This document shows positions 1-14,059 of a stretch of DNA of 64,000 bases, one piece after another. The stretch spans positions 96,472,001-96,536,000 of the forward strand of contig NC_043001.1 in assembly GCF_006345805.1 (NCBI RefSeq). The letters are read 5' to 3'. Made by a program: the position numbers and the translations under genes. Numbering within the stretch: position 1 is the first letter of the stretch; the number at the start of each line of letters is the position of its first letter. This DNA comes from Octopus sinensis. Its lineage: Eukaryota. The notes beneath the pieces are model-generated. The model was not told the origin of the DNA, did no database searches, and saw only the letters and a program-made list of their open reading frames with translations.

Positions 1-199
1 CTGAAGAAAGTAGGGTTCCACGATAAGCATTTCTTTCGACTTTTGATTTTGCTGGCGGGAAACGCTTTTTTCCGTTTATATTTACTTTGTACGATATTGT
101 ATAAAAGGAACTGCTATAGAGCAGAGAAAAAGTTGAATGAAACAGAGCTTGAAGCAGAAGAAGCTAGAGAGAACGAGAGACAGGTAGCTAGAAAGCCAA

Positions 200-2411
<2,212 letters not shown>

Positions 2412-2994
2412 GAGTGAGACACGGAGAGAGAGAGAATGTGTTTGAGAGAGAAAGAAATTAGTTTCCGCCTTCTTAATATCTAATGAAGTAAACTGATGAA
2501 TCTAAGAAAATAGCTACTATCTCTCAACTGTAAAATCTCATCAAAGTTTCTATTTTTTTGTTATTTTTTTATTTAATAATTGGTAACTGACGTCAAAATA
2601 AGAATTGTAATTGAATCAAGCAAAGCAATCGAGAGTTTCTAATAATTTTTGCCATGTATTTTATATTAGTATTTAGAACTCCATTATTGGTGTGGAATAA
2701 CAAGACAGATTAAAGAAGAAAATAAAAACAAAAGCAAAAAAAAACAAAAAAAAACCACACACACACACACACACACAATAGAAAACAAACAAACAAGAAA
2801 TGTAGAAACTAAAAATAAGAAATCTTACAACCAAAAAAACCCCCAAAAACACACACTGCAGCGAGAAAAACAAATTTAATAATTTTTAACGTTTGCTGAT
2901 GTTGAGATAAAGCATAAGCAAATCACCATGGAGTTCACTAATTGGTTTCTTCCTTTAGTTAAGAGAGTAAATTTTTTTTAAAAGACAACTACAC

Positions 2995-3580
2995 GTCAAC
3001 GAGGAAACCTGAAGTCATTAAGACAGATAACATGACCAGCACAGTGTATATGGTGCTTGATGCGGCGAGCTTCCATACTCAGTTGTCCTGTCTTTTCTAG
3101 CAGTTCTGAAGTGTAAAAAAGATTTCCAGCTGATGTTTAGTATATATTTCTTTACTACCCACAAGGGGCTAAACATAGAGGGGACAAACAAGGACAGATA
3201 AAGGGATTAAGTCGATTACATCGACCCAGTGCGAAACTGGTACTTTATTTATCGACCCCGAGAGGATGAAAGGCAAAGTCGACCTCGGCGGAATTTGAAC
3301 TCAGAACGTAGCGGCAGATGAAATACGGCTACGTATTTCGCCCGGCGTGCTAACGTTTCTGCCAGCTCGCCGCCTGGCTGATGTTTAATATAAGTTTAAG
3401 ACAAACCTGCAGAGGTTTATCGATTAGTTTTTGGATATGTTGTCGGTATGGGAGCCATATCTCAGATGAGTAAATCAGGTATGTGACAGCATAAGTATCA
3501 TAGATGAAGAGCTTGGTAGGAAGTCTCAAATTCCTGTCTATTCGGTCCTGTTTTCCAGAAGTCTCAAACACAACTGAAGC
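2995..3580 (-). mobile_element. Degenerate RTE-like LINE fragment (C-terminal RT region), interrupted by a SINE
   Basis: Minus-strand translation gives LRLPTKLFIY...LIYSSEIW..YRQHI...CLKLILNI. After the SINE it continues ELLEKTGQLSMEARRIKHHIHCAGHVICLND, resembling the RTE post-RT motifs TKL.IY, LYG.E.W and WAGHV.RM. Confidence 0.65.
3145..3374 (-). mobile_element. tRNA-derived SINE, family A, with ~15-bp TSD
   Basis: Head ggcggcgagctggcagaaacgttagc, B-box-like gagttcaaattcc and tail gtagtaaagaaata. Flanked by gctgatgtttagtata / gctgatgtttaatata. Confidence 0.85.
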
Positions 3581-4119
3581 TCTATTACAACAGATATGGT
3601 AACCGAACCAACAAACGACTATGTATCTACCTGATGACTCAGTATGTTACCGACAGCTCCAAAATCTTTCTCAAATCACACCTTATCGTACTAATGGAGG
3701 AAGGACACCGTAAATAATAGAGATCTTCTCACTGGTGTTTCATCGTTGTTGAGGATGTCCCCGAGGTTTCAGACTCAACGGAGTCTTTCGACAGTAAGTT
3801 TCATTAGTACATAGAGAGAAAACGTGTTCGATGTTCACAGTGCTTAGACTTTAAAATGTCTTTGTATATACAAGACAATTGTGTTGGAACAATGGGATAC
3901 TCGTCTGATCGCTGAGAGATAGTGATACTACAGTCTGCTATGGTATGCCTTGATGCCTTTTCTGAGTGCCAGAGGAGAGGGTGAGGCGATGAGAGCCAGA
4001 ACCAAACAGAATTTGAACCCAGCACATGACCCGGAACAACTACTTCAAACCATTTTGTCTGATATTTTAACAATGCCAGCACTAATTTGGAACTTTGTTT
4101 ATCAATCCTATTTATCATA

Positions 4120-4495
4120 GGCGCAGGAGTGGCTGTGTAGTAAGAATCTTGCTTCCCAACCACATGGTTCCGGGTTCAGTCCCACTGCGTGTCACATTGG
4201 GCAAGTGTCTTCTACTATAGCCTCGGGCCGACCAAAGCCGTGTGAGTGGATTTGGTAGACGGAAACTGAAAGAAGCCCGTCGTATATATGTGTATATCTA
4301 TGTGTGTGTGTGTTTATGTGTCTGTGCTTGTCCCTCCAGCATCGCTTAACAACCAATGCTGGTGTGTTTACGTCCCCGTAACTTAGACCGATAGAATAAG
4401 TACTAGGCTTACAAAAATGAGTCTTGGAGTCGATTTGCTCGACTAAAGGCAGTGCTCCAGAATGGCCGCAGTCAAATGACTGAAACAAGTAAAAG
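4120..4495 (+). mobile_element. tRNA-derived SINE, family B (internal TA/TG microsatellite)
   Basis: Head ggcgcaggagtggctgtgt..taag with B-box-like ggttcagtccc, then ttgggcaagtg, an internal microsatellite and tail gtcaaatgactgaaacaagtaaaag. Many similar copies occur in the window. Confidence 0.85.
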
Positions 4496-4971
4496 CCGGA
4501 ATTTTGCTATTTTGCTAATTTCGAAAGAAGCCAGAACAAATACCACAAGGTATTTTATCCGTCGCTCTACGACACTGCTAATTTACATTTACTAACTAGC
4601 AATACACTATCTGAAAAAAGCAACCCACAAAGGCTATTTGGTTGCGACTGGAATAGCTTTGATCATACACTTCCTTGATCCGATTGACTTGGATATAAAC
4701 AAGAACAATCATAGCGACCAAATCTCTCTCAAGATGTCCTCTACTATTATTTGTTAATGCAGTCTTTGATATACTATCTCTGAATAAAAGATGAGATGGT
4801 TATGTTTAGAATGTCTTTGATCATAGGTCTGCTTGATCAGTTAAACGTCAAGAAGAAGGACATTAGGACTTCTCTCTGTTCATATATGTTATGAAAGCCA
4901 TACTCTCGTCACAAAATGATTGGTAGTCTGTGTCTAACAATAAACTAGGTACTCGTACACTGTTCACACAC

Positions 4972-5043
<72 letters not shown>

Positions 5044-5381
5044 CTCTCCTGTCACAACCTGGGACCCTGAAGACTGATTTAATGCAAGAAAGTATACTAG
5101 TCCCTTAATATTTTATATTCAATATTTCATCTACTCAATAAGACAATCAATACTTCATTTCATTTTACTATATATACTATTTATACTATATATTCTATAT
5201 TCTACATTAATATTATAAAGAATATAAATAAAGCATAAAAACAGAGTTGGAATTCCTTTGAATAATATATATCCCTCTATACACAATCATACAAACCCCT
5301 TTATATATAATATATATATAATATATATATATATAATATATATATATATAATATATATATATACATACATACACACACACC

Positions 5382-5421
<40 letters not shown>

Positions 5422-5449
5422 TATATACACATATATATATATACACATA

Positions 5450-5495
<46 letters not shown>

Positions 5496-5498
5496 TCT

Positions 5499-5905
5499 TT
5501 CATTCATTTACTTGTTTCAGTCATTTGACTGTGGCCATGCTGCAGCACCGCCTTTAGTCGAGGAAATCGACTCTAGGACTTATTCTTTGTCAGCCTAGTA
5601 CTTATTCTATCAGTTTCTTTTGCCGAACCGCTAAGTTACGGGGACGTAAACACACCAGCATCGGTTGTCAAGCGATGTTGGGAGGGGGGGGCAAAAAGAA
5701 AACAAAAACATACACACACATATATATATATACACATATATACGACGGGCTTCTTTCAGTTTCCGTCTACCAAATCCACTCACACGGCTTTGGTCGGCCC
5801 GAGGCTATAGCAGAGGACACTTGCCCAAGGTACCACGCAGTGGCACTGAACCCGGAACCATGTGGGTCGTAAGCGAGCTACTTACCACACAGCTACTCCT
5901 ACGCC
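5499..5905 (-). mobile_element. SINE family B copy
   Basis: Reverse complement of the head, body and tail seen at 4120-4495. Confidence 0.85.
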
Positions 5906-5926
5906 TATATATATATATATATATAT

Positions 5927-6322
5927 CTTTTACTCTTTTACTTGTTTCAGTCATTTAACAGCGCCCATGCTGGAACATCACCTTTAGTCGAGCAAATCGA
6001 CCCCAGGACTTATTCTTTGGAAGCCTAGTACTTATTCTATCGGTCTCTTTTGCTGAACCGCTAAGCTACGGGGAGGTAAACACACCACCATCGGTTGTCA
6101 AGCGATGTTGGGGGACAAACACAGGCACACAAACATATGCACACACATAAATATATATATATATACATATATACGACGGACTTCTTTCAGTTTCCGCCTA
6201 CCAAATCCACTGACAAGGCTTTGGTGGGCCCTTGGCTATAGAAGAAGACACTTGCCCAAGGTGCCACGCAGTGGGAATGAACCCGGAACCATTTGGCTGG
6301 TAAACAAGGTACTTACCACACA
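5927..6322 (-). mobile_element. SINE family B copy, head end lost in (CA)n, tandem with the previous copy
   Basis: Reverse-complement match to family B. Confidence 0.8.
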
Positions 6323-6439
6323 CACACACACGCGCGCGCACGCACACACGCGCGCGCACACACACACACATACACACACACACACACACATACACACACA
6401 CACACACATACACACACACACACACACACATATATATAG

Positions 6440-6586
6440 TTAAAATTAATCAAATAACATACCAAGTATGTCTACCTGCTGGAAATAACAGTCAAAACTA
6501 TTATTTAAATCGTCAAAATACAGTGATAATAACTACAAAAATCCTGCTATTTCCAGCAGGTAGATATGGCATTTGATTAATTTTAA
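6440..6586. repeat. Short inverted repeat / MITE-like element
   Basis: ttaaaattaatcaaat...tctacctgctggaaata pairs with tatttccagcaggtaga...atttgattaattttaa. Confidence 0.7.
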
Positions 6587-6739
6587 ATGCTTCAGCTATT
6601 TAATGCTTTTTGGGGTGTGGGGTGGAGGAGGGGTCTTCATTCGCCTGTATTATTGATTCTGTTATTATCCTTTTTGAAATTGTTACACAGAGTCAATGGT
6701 ATCTTAGCAAATTATTTTTTCGTAAATAATTTTTCTCGT

Positions 6740-6805
<66 letters not shown>

Positions 6806-6809
<4 letters not shown>

Positions 6810-7098
6810 TAGAAAAAAAACCTTTTATCAATTTAAAATGAAAAATTAAATTACACCATCTAGAAAATTACATATAATAGAAATATTAAATATAAGATAA
6901 AAATATAACGATGATTAAGTAATGTGCAAAATAATAAATCAAACGTATAAATATATAGTTTTATTCATTATTTTGCGCATTACTTAAACATCGTTATATT
7001 TTTTATCTTATATTTAATATTTCTATTATATGTAATTTTCTAGATGGTGTAATTTAATTCTTCATTTTGAATTGATAAAAGGTGTTTTTTTTCTAATT
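6806..7098. repeat. Long fold-back palindrome (~135-bp arms, ~22-nt spacer)
   Basis: 6806-6940 is the near-perfect reverse complement of 6963-7098, e.g. ttacaccatctagaaaattacatataatag / ctattatatgtaattttctagatggtgtaa. Confidence 0.9.
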
Positions 7099-7805
7099 CA
7101 TATATATATTATATTTTGTGAAATTTGATTTAGTATCTCTAAATTGAATTTTTCCCTGTAAGATTGGAATAATATTCCCTCAAATTATTATTATTATAAA
7201 ACTACTGTTTACGAAATCAGCATATGATTTCAACTTAGATCTTATAAGCTGACAAGGTGAGATAAGTTTAACCTTAGACGCGGCGTGAGCTACTGATGAG
7301 CATTAAGATGCGTTAAACATCAGAATACGAAATAATTGTTGATCTAGCGCTATCTGCGACGGTAGAAGGCTTGTCTCCCTTTTCAGCTCATGAGGATAAT
7401 GATTTTCGTCGCGATTTAGTTATTCTGTCTCCTATTTCTAGCAATATTGGTGCTGATTAGTGCCTTTGTTCACACTTGTGACGTATATATTCTTAACATG
7501 CCCTTGTCACCAAAGAATGTATATATATGTATTGTAGTACTCTGTATCAACCAATATTCTGTGCGTGTTTGAATATACAGATACAATACCAATATCTCAC
7601 TGAACTTTTTAATAACTCCTTCTGGAAACTATCTTTAACATGTTCTTGAGAATAATTATTTATGTTGTAATCTTCTGTACCCAATATTTTAAGGAACTTG
7701 TTAAACTTTCTTATTTCCTTAACATGTCCTTGTTACCAAAGACTGTAAATATGTAATGTAGCATTTTGTAACAACCAATAATTAACGCAACCAAACTTCT
7801 ACATG

Positions 7806-7850
7806 TTACTTTTGACAATCTTTTTCCAAAGAGTGAAACCGGTAAAGTAA
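7806..7850 (+). ncRNA. Penelope-type minimal hammerhead ribozyme motif with UUGACAA core
   Basis: Stem I ttactt/aagtaa (6 bp), core ttgacaa, stem II tcttt-ttcc-aaaga plus a 2-nt gt bulge, GAA, palindromic stem III accggt, cleavage triplet GUA. Confidence 0.55.
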
Positions 7851-8214
7851 ATAAACATCTTTTAAAATTGCATTTTCAAACCTTCTTTCCTATATAATAC
7901 CACTCGTGCGGTACCCTACAACTCCACTTTGTTATATATATATATATATATAGGTATCAAGTTAGAGGAGTTTAATACCTCGAAGGGATAATTAAATCCA
8001 GAGTCACTCCTGGCTATTAGCTGGGTAGGTACAATCTTTTGAAAAATGCATCTATCTATACTCGCATTCTGAAGAGATTCACTTACTCCAGTAAATCGAA
8101 ACGATCGTAAATGCTACCCTCATCTCAGCTTCTTACTTCTTTGTTACCTATTTAATTAAAAACATGCCAGCGCAAACCATGAGTTTCCCATTGTTATTAT
8201 ATCCCTTTTCTTCT

Positions 8215-8277
<63 letters not shown>

Positions 8278-8287
<10 letters not shown>

Positions 8288-8699
8288 TTATTTTTTATTT
8301 TATCTAGTTTCAGCTCACGAGCTGTGGCAATGCTGGGGCACCGCCATTTGGTGTTGCTAGATGATTTTACTTCACGAATGCTTTTTAGCAATTGCCATAT
8401 ATATATGTATTCATATAAAATGTAACCATGTGTGAATCGTTGGGGATTTTCTTCTTCCATCTCCCCTTCTATTTGACTCATCTTCGGAAACAGAGGAAAG
8501 TCAAATAGAAAGGGAGACGGAAGAAGAAAATCGCCAACGATTCACACATGGTTACATTTTATATGAATACATATATATGTGGCAATTGCTAAAAAGCATT
8601 CGTGAAGTAAAATCATCTAGCAACACCAAATGGCAGTGCCCCAGCATGGCCACAGCTCGTGAGCTGAAACTAGATAAAATAAAAAATAAAATAATATAT
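8278..8699. repeat. Long fold-back palindrome (~200-bp arms, 20-nt loop) with SINE-tail-like outer ends
   Basis: 8278-8478 is the reverse complement of 8499-8699 with only scattered mismatches. The outer ends carry gtgccccagcatggccacagc..tgaaactagataaaa, similar to the SINE-B tail. Confidence 0.92.
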
Positions 8700-8819
8700 T
8701 TCATTCCCTGAGCGTCTAATATTTTACATGTACCACGTCCTCGCACTGTTTTGATGTTTGTGTTTGTTCTTTTGGGGATTTACTATAGATATATCAAAGT
8801 ATATTGGACAAAATGTGCC

Positions 8820-9860
8820 ACTGTATCACTGACCCATGAATCCTTGTAAGGCTTTTGATACTTTTGCTAGGGATGCAATCTGAATCCTTTTGAAAAGGTA
8901 TGGATGCCCGGACAAATTTAATAAAATGATTAAGTTACTGCATAACGTTATGAAAGCTAGAATTATCTTTGATGAGGCTCTTTCAGAATCCTTTGCTGTT
9001 GAAAGTGGTGTAAAGTCGAGTAACCTTGATGCTACGTCACATTTCGCTAATTATTATGAGACAACGCTATCTTTTACTTCGGAACATTGAAGAGGGTATT
9101 AATATCAGCTTTCGTACAACTAGAAACCTCTTTAATCTCACTAGGATGAACTTTAAGAGCGAGGTCTTTAAATCTTTAATTTAAAACTTTCCTTAGGCTA
9201 ATGGCTGTGACTCAGTATTTCATATTGAAATCAGTTTACAGAACCTGATCAAAGCATTTGACTGCTGGCAGCATCTTTGTCTGCTGGCAATATTTGCCGT
9301 TCCTCAGATATATGTGAAAAATAGCTCATGTAGATTCCTTTAAAGTCATCTGCAGAGTGGTTAATTCATAAGTTCACAAGGAACTTTGGACACGTTCATA
9401 AAAGCAGCAAAGTCTTTCGGCTCTCTTAGGAATCATGTATGGTTACAACGAAATATTAATGTGAGAACAAAAGTTTAGGTTTACTAATACATGCATTTGT
9501 ACTGTCCTTCTTTACTCAACGGAGATATGGATTGTTTACAAACACTACATAAAATCCTTAAAAAGCTATCACAAAAAGAGTTTTCGTCAAATTCTCAGGA
9601 TTAGCAGGAAATCGTTTACATCAACTAAAGAGGTTTTAGAGAGAGCAGGAATGTCATCAGTTTAGACTATGCGGGCTGGAATTAGCCTGGTAGACAGGCC
9701 ATTTATAAGGATGGAAGATGAGTGCATTTCTTAACAATTCCTTATGGTATGCTATTCGCGGGAAATCGAAAATATAAAAAAGAATACGGTATAAAGACTT
9801 GTTAAAAAGCAGCCTTTACGAATTGCATATATCATACAAAGATGTAACTATTCATCATAA
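8820..9860 (+). mobile_element. Degenerate RTE-clade LINE reverse transcriptase fragment
   Basis: KAFDT, then RYGCPDKFNKMIKLLHNVMKARIIFDEALSESFAVESGVK (RTE RT motifs around GVKQG), with a downstream RMED..QFL remnant. Many stops and frameshifts. Confidence 0.75.
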
Positions 9861-9894
9861 TAAAAATAAATGGTAAAACATATAAAACATCTGG

Positions 9895-10235
9895 CAGGCG
9901 TGAATGTGTGGTAAGAAGCTTATTTCCAATTGTATGTTTCTGAGTTCAATCCCACTGAGTGACATCTCGGGAAAATGTCTTCTGCTGTAGCCTCATGTCG
10001 ACCAAAGTCTTATGAGTAGATTTGGTTGACGGAAACTGGATTTGGTAGTCGGAAACACACACACAGGCACACACACACACACAAACACGCACACACATAT
10101 ATATGTATATATTTGTGTGTCTATGTTTGTTCCTCCTCCATCACTTGACAACCCCTGATGGTGTGCGTACGTCCCCGTAACTTAGCAGTTCGGCAAAAGA
10201 GTCCGATAAAATCAGTACAAAACTTACAAAGAATA
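9895..10235 (+). mobile_element. Degenerate SINE family B copy
   Basis: Diverged head (gtgtggtaagaagctt...gagttcaatcccactg), internal (CA)n and body gtccccgtaacttagc. Confidence 0.7.
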
Positions 10236-10740
10236 TACGCTTTCGATAAAACAGTTGCTCCCGCAAAGCAAATTAAATAAAATTTGGGATTTTGGGGAGG
10301 GTCAAAATAGGTAACACAAACAGGAGAGTGAAAACAAACAGGAAAGGCTGCTAAGCCTGAACGAGGTTGTGGTGGCCAACGCAGGAATCAAACAAGAACA
10401 CGTCTTCTTTGTTCCAGCTACAACGGAGAGAAAGAAAGATGGCCGATGGTCACGTGGTAACCACTTGAGCAAGGGAGGAGTGATGGAGAGAGAGAGAGAG
10501 AGTGACAGAGTAATAGGACAGAATAGTGGGAGAAGAGGAGGTAAAAGAATAAGCGAGAGAAAGAGAGAGAAAAACGAAAGTGTTAAAAGATCGTATGGAG
10601 TGTGCATCTGAATTATTAAAATAAAACTTACTTGGAAGAGGATGCGTGGCGTTCAGTCATCTAATAATATAAATAATATATATGTACCTATGCTTCGCAC
10701 TATGTTGTTGTACACGTTTCATGACGTCTACGCCCACGTA

Positions 10741-10779
<39 letters not shown>

Positions 10780-10831
10780 GTATAGATGTAAGTATGTACA
10801 TATACGTATGTATATATGAATATATATTATT

Positions 10832-10877
<46 letters not shown>

Positions 10878-13485
10878 TAATAATATATATCAAAACTAAT
10901 GAGTGCATTGCGTTACGTGAATAATATTTTCAGAAGTCAAGCACGTTTAGTAATAAACAAACTGACGGAAAGACCTATACTAAATGCACTGAATACACGG
11001 ACGAACGGAGAACAAGCACAGAAAGCCACCAATTCCTCATCAGTTATCGGTCAAATTGTCGAGCGTAATTTCGTGCCATTATCGATAATATTGCATCCAC
11101 ACTGGAGGCAACCAGCAAGAGAACTTTCTGGGGATGCGACCAAATCATTACAAAACCAGACAGACAAACAGGGATGAAGAGCAAATACGGAAATCGACAT
11201 ACGAAAAATGTAATTCGAGAAGAGACAAAAACACGAAAGAAATAAACAGAATATGGCCTTAGGGCCAAGCGAAGACAGCAACAACAAAACAAATAATACA
11301 TACGCAACAAAAAAGTTGTGGGCTAGCAGACAGACAAGTGTGGAGTAACGCAAGTAGAAGTGAGAACTGTCCTACAGGACTAAATAAACATAAGAGAAAA
11401 AGGCAGAGCAAGGAGTTCAGTCACATTTCTCTGACTGAAACACATTTCTTTGCATCTGTATTATATTTTGCATGATCAATAAAAGTACATGGTTCTTGTA
11501 TTAGAGAACATCTCAAAGGGATTCCTATTGTCTATTGCCCTGTGCCACAATGATACACATTGTTGCTGGAGGAGATGTATCCTCTGTGCATGGCATGTCA
11601 CCTTGTCTCAGACAACGCTGGTTCTTCCTTACTTCGTGTCCACATCAAGAGATAACTGCTTACTCGCCATAAATTCATTTGCTATTAAGGATAATAAACT
11701 GCTGTCTTCTTTCTTTTACGAAGTCGTTTTTATCTTCTATATTTAAGTGAAATCCTGCAATCATAGCCGTCAGTCGCTGGTGAGTATAGCCTGATAGCTT
11801 GTACCATGCGTTCTGCCTGATCAGATGCGATCAGAGATACATGAACTCTCAGCCTTCTCAGTAAAGGGTCAAGGATGTGGCAGGTTGAAGAAGACAACGA
11901 TTGCACCAACCCTCCGCTGCCGTTCATCTTCAGCAGAAAAGAGTGAACTAAATGAACGTGAAAGACGTACCATACTCTAGGAAATGACGCCGCGTTGGCT
12001 GGTCCAGTAATCGAACCCTTACATTACGAGCTTGGGTCGAATATCCTTTTGATCAGGTCCATCACTTAATAGAAGTGATGCACTGAAGGATGACTTGTTT
12101 CCTTTGACTTCAGGTGGCTCTGAAGTGGTTTTGTGTTTTATAAAACATAGAATGCCATGCATCTATCTGGTGCCTCCAACGTTCTTTTATACTGCTTGTC
12201 AATATACAAACGGCTAATGGGGCTCTGTTTGTCAGAACCTGGCGGTTGTTAATATTTAGTGGTCGAACTAGAGGTATTAAGTATTGGATTTAACTTCTTA
12301 AAAAGGTAAATATTTCTTATTTTGGACAGCGAAATAGCAGAGAGGTTGGACAGTTAAACTGAGGGCACTCTTCTCCTGCCTCTTCTCCTCTCACTTCTTC
12401 TCTTCCTTTCACTCTTCCTACTGTTCCTCCTCATCATCATCACCATTATCTCATCGTTACCGTATTATCTGTTTCTTTATTTTATATTCATTCAGCCAAA
12501 CATTCATTCATGCATTCTTTCTTTCTTTTTCTTTCTTTCGGTCTTTCTTTCGTTCTTGCTTTCTTTTTCTTCTCGTTCTTTCTTTCAGTTTTCTTTGCCT
12601 CTGTCTTCCTTCCCAGCTCTTTATCTCTTTTATCAATTTCTTATAAAAATATTTTTACTCTTAATAAAAATAGCTACGATTGATTTTAGCTTTAAGAACA
12701 TCCTTGTTGGCAAAAATATAAATAAATAAAAATATAAAAGTAAAAATAAATAAATAAAAATATAAAATGAAAGATAGAAACAAAATATAAAATGAAAGAT
12801 AGAAACAAAATAAGAATAAAAGAGAAGAAAAGAAAAAAAGACGAATAGACAAAGAGAAAAATAAATAACAATTGAAAAATGAAACTAAAATGTCTTGAAA
12901 AAACACCCCAAAAAACAAAAAGAAAGAAATTCCACATACAATAAAAATTCAATTTTTCGAGATTACAGGCATATTATTTGGATGTACAATTAAAAAAAAT
13001 CAAACAATAGCTACATATAATCAAATAAAAAGGGATAAAATAAAATCGCGTAAAACCAATGTTAACCTCTGCAACAATAAAAAAAATACAAAGTCAGAAA
13101 AAAAGCATGAAAAAGAAAACAAGCGAATTTGAAAAATAAAAGGAAGCAAATAGAAAAAAAATTTTTGGTAATAATGAAAAGTGAACAAAAAGTAAAAACA
13201 ACAACAACAACAAAAGATGCAAAAGCTAAAAGGAACAAGAAATTAATAAAAAACAAACAAACAGAACACCCCATCAGGAACCATATTGCAGGACAATACA
13301 AAGGAAAGAGTAAAAAATATGTGGGAAAGACAAAGAAGAGAGAAGAGATGTGTGTGTATATATATATATATATGTATGTATGTGTGTGTGTGTGTGTGTG
13401 TGTAAGTGTGTGTGTGTGTGTGTGTGTGTGTACAGCAACCCCTCTCTTCAATAGCACGTCTCTTTTACTTCTCTATTTTTTACTG

Positions 13486-13523
<38 letters not shown>

Positions 13524-14059
13524 CACACATTCGCACGCACACAAACATAATATATATATAAATCTATCTCTATATCTATATATTTATGTATATACACTTA
13601 TATATTTGATTATGTATATATATATACGTGTGTATATGTATATATATATGTATATATGTATAGAAATAGCGAGAGAAAGAGAGAGAGAGAGATAGAGATA
13701 GGGGAAGAGATAAAGAGAGTAAGAAAGAAAGAAGAGATAGCTAGACAAGAGAGAATGGTATTTGAATAGTTGAGACAGAAAAACAGAAAAGGAGACGCGA
13801 GGTAATAAGCAACAAACTTACATTGAGAGAGCTAGGGAGAGAAAGAGCAAGAGAGAGAGAGCAAGAGAGAGAGAGAGGGAAGAAGAGAGAGAGAGAGAGA
13901 TTGAGAGAGAGAGAGAGATTGTCATTTATCCACGTTTTGCTTTTGCAGAAAATTTCTTTATTCTAACAAGCCATCTTTCAGAATTTTGGTATTCTTTATT
14001 ATAATCTTAGTTTAGTTCCTGATAGAGAAGCAACGCAAGTAATTTTGGAGGAAAGGTGT

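Noticed and set aside
4120-4200. SINE heads as tRNA genes
   Set aside because: A/B-box-like motifs are present, but the sequence continues into SINE bodies and no complete cloverleaf was found.
7285-7350. CTGATGA plus stem II (gcat-taag-atgc) with possible stem I gcta/tagc
   Set aside because: The essential GAAA is replaced by GTTAAA and stem III cannot be placed correctly. At best a dead hammerhead.
11730-11927. Protein-like 65-aa ORF (MNGSGGLVQ...)
   Set aside because: No recognisable domain, no convincing flanking splice pair on that strand, and a length expected by chance.
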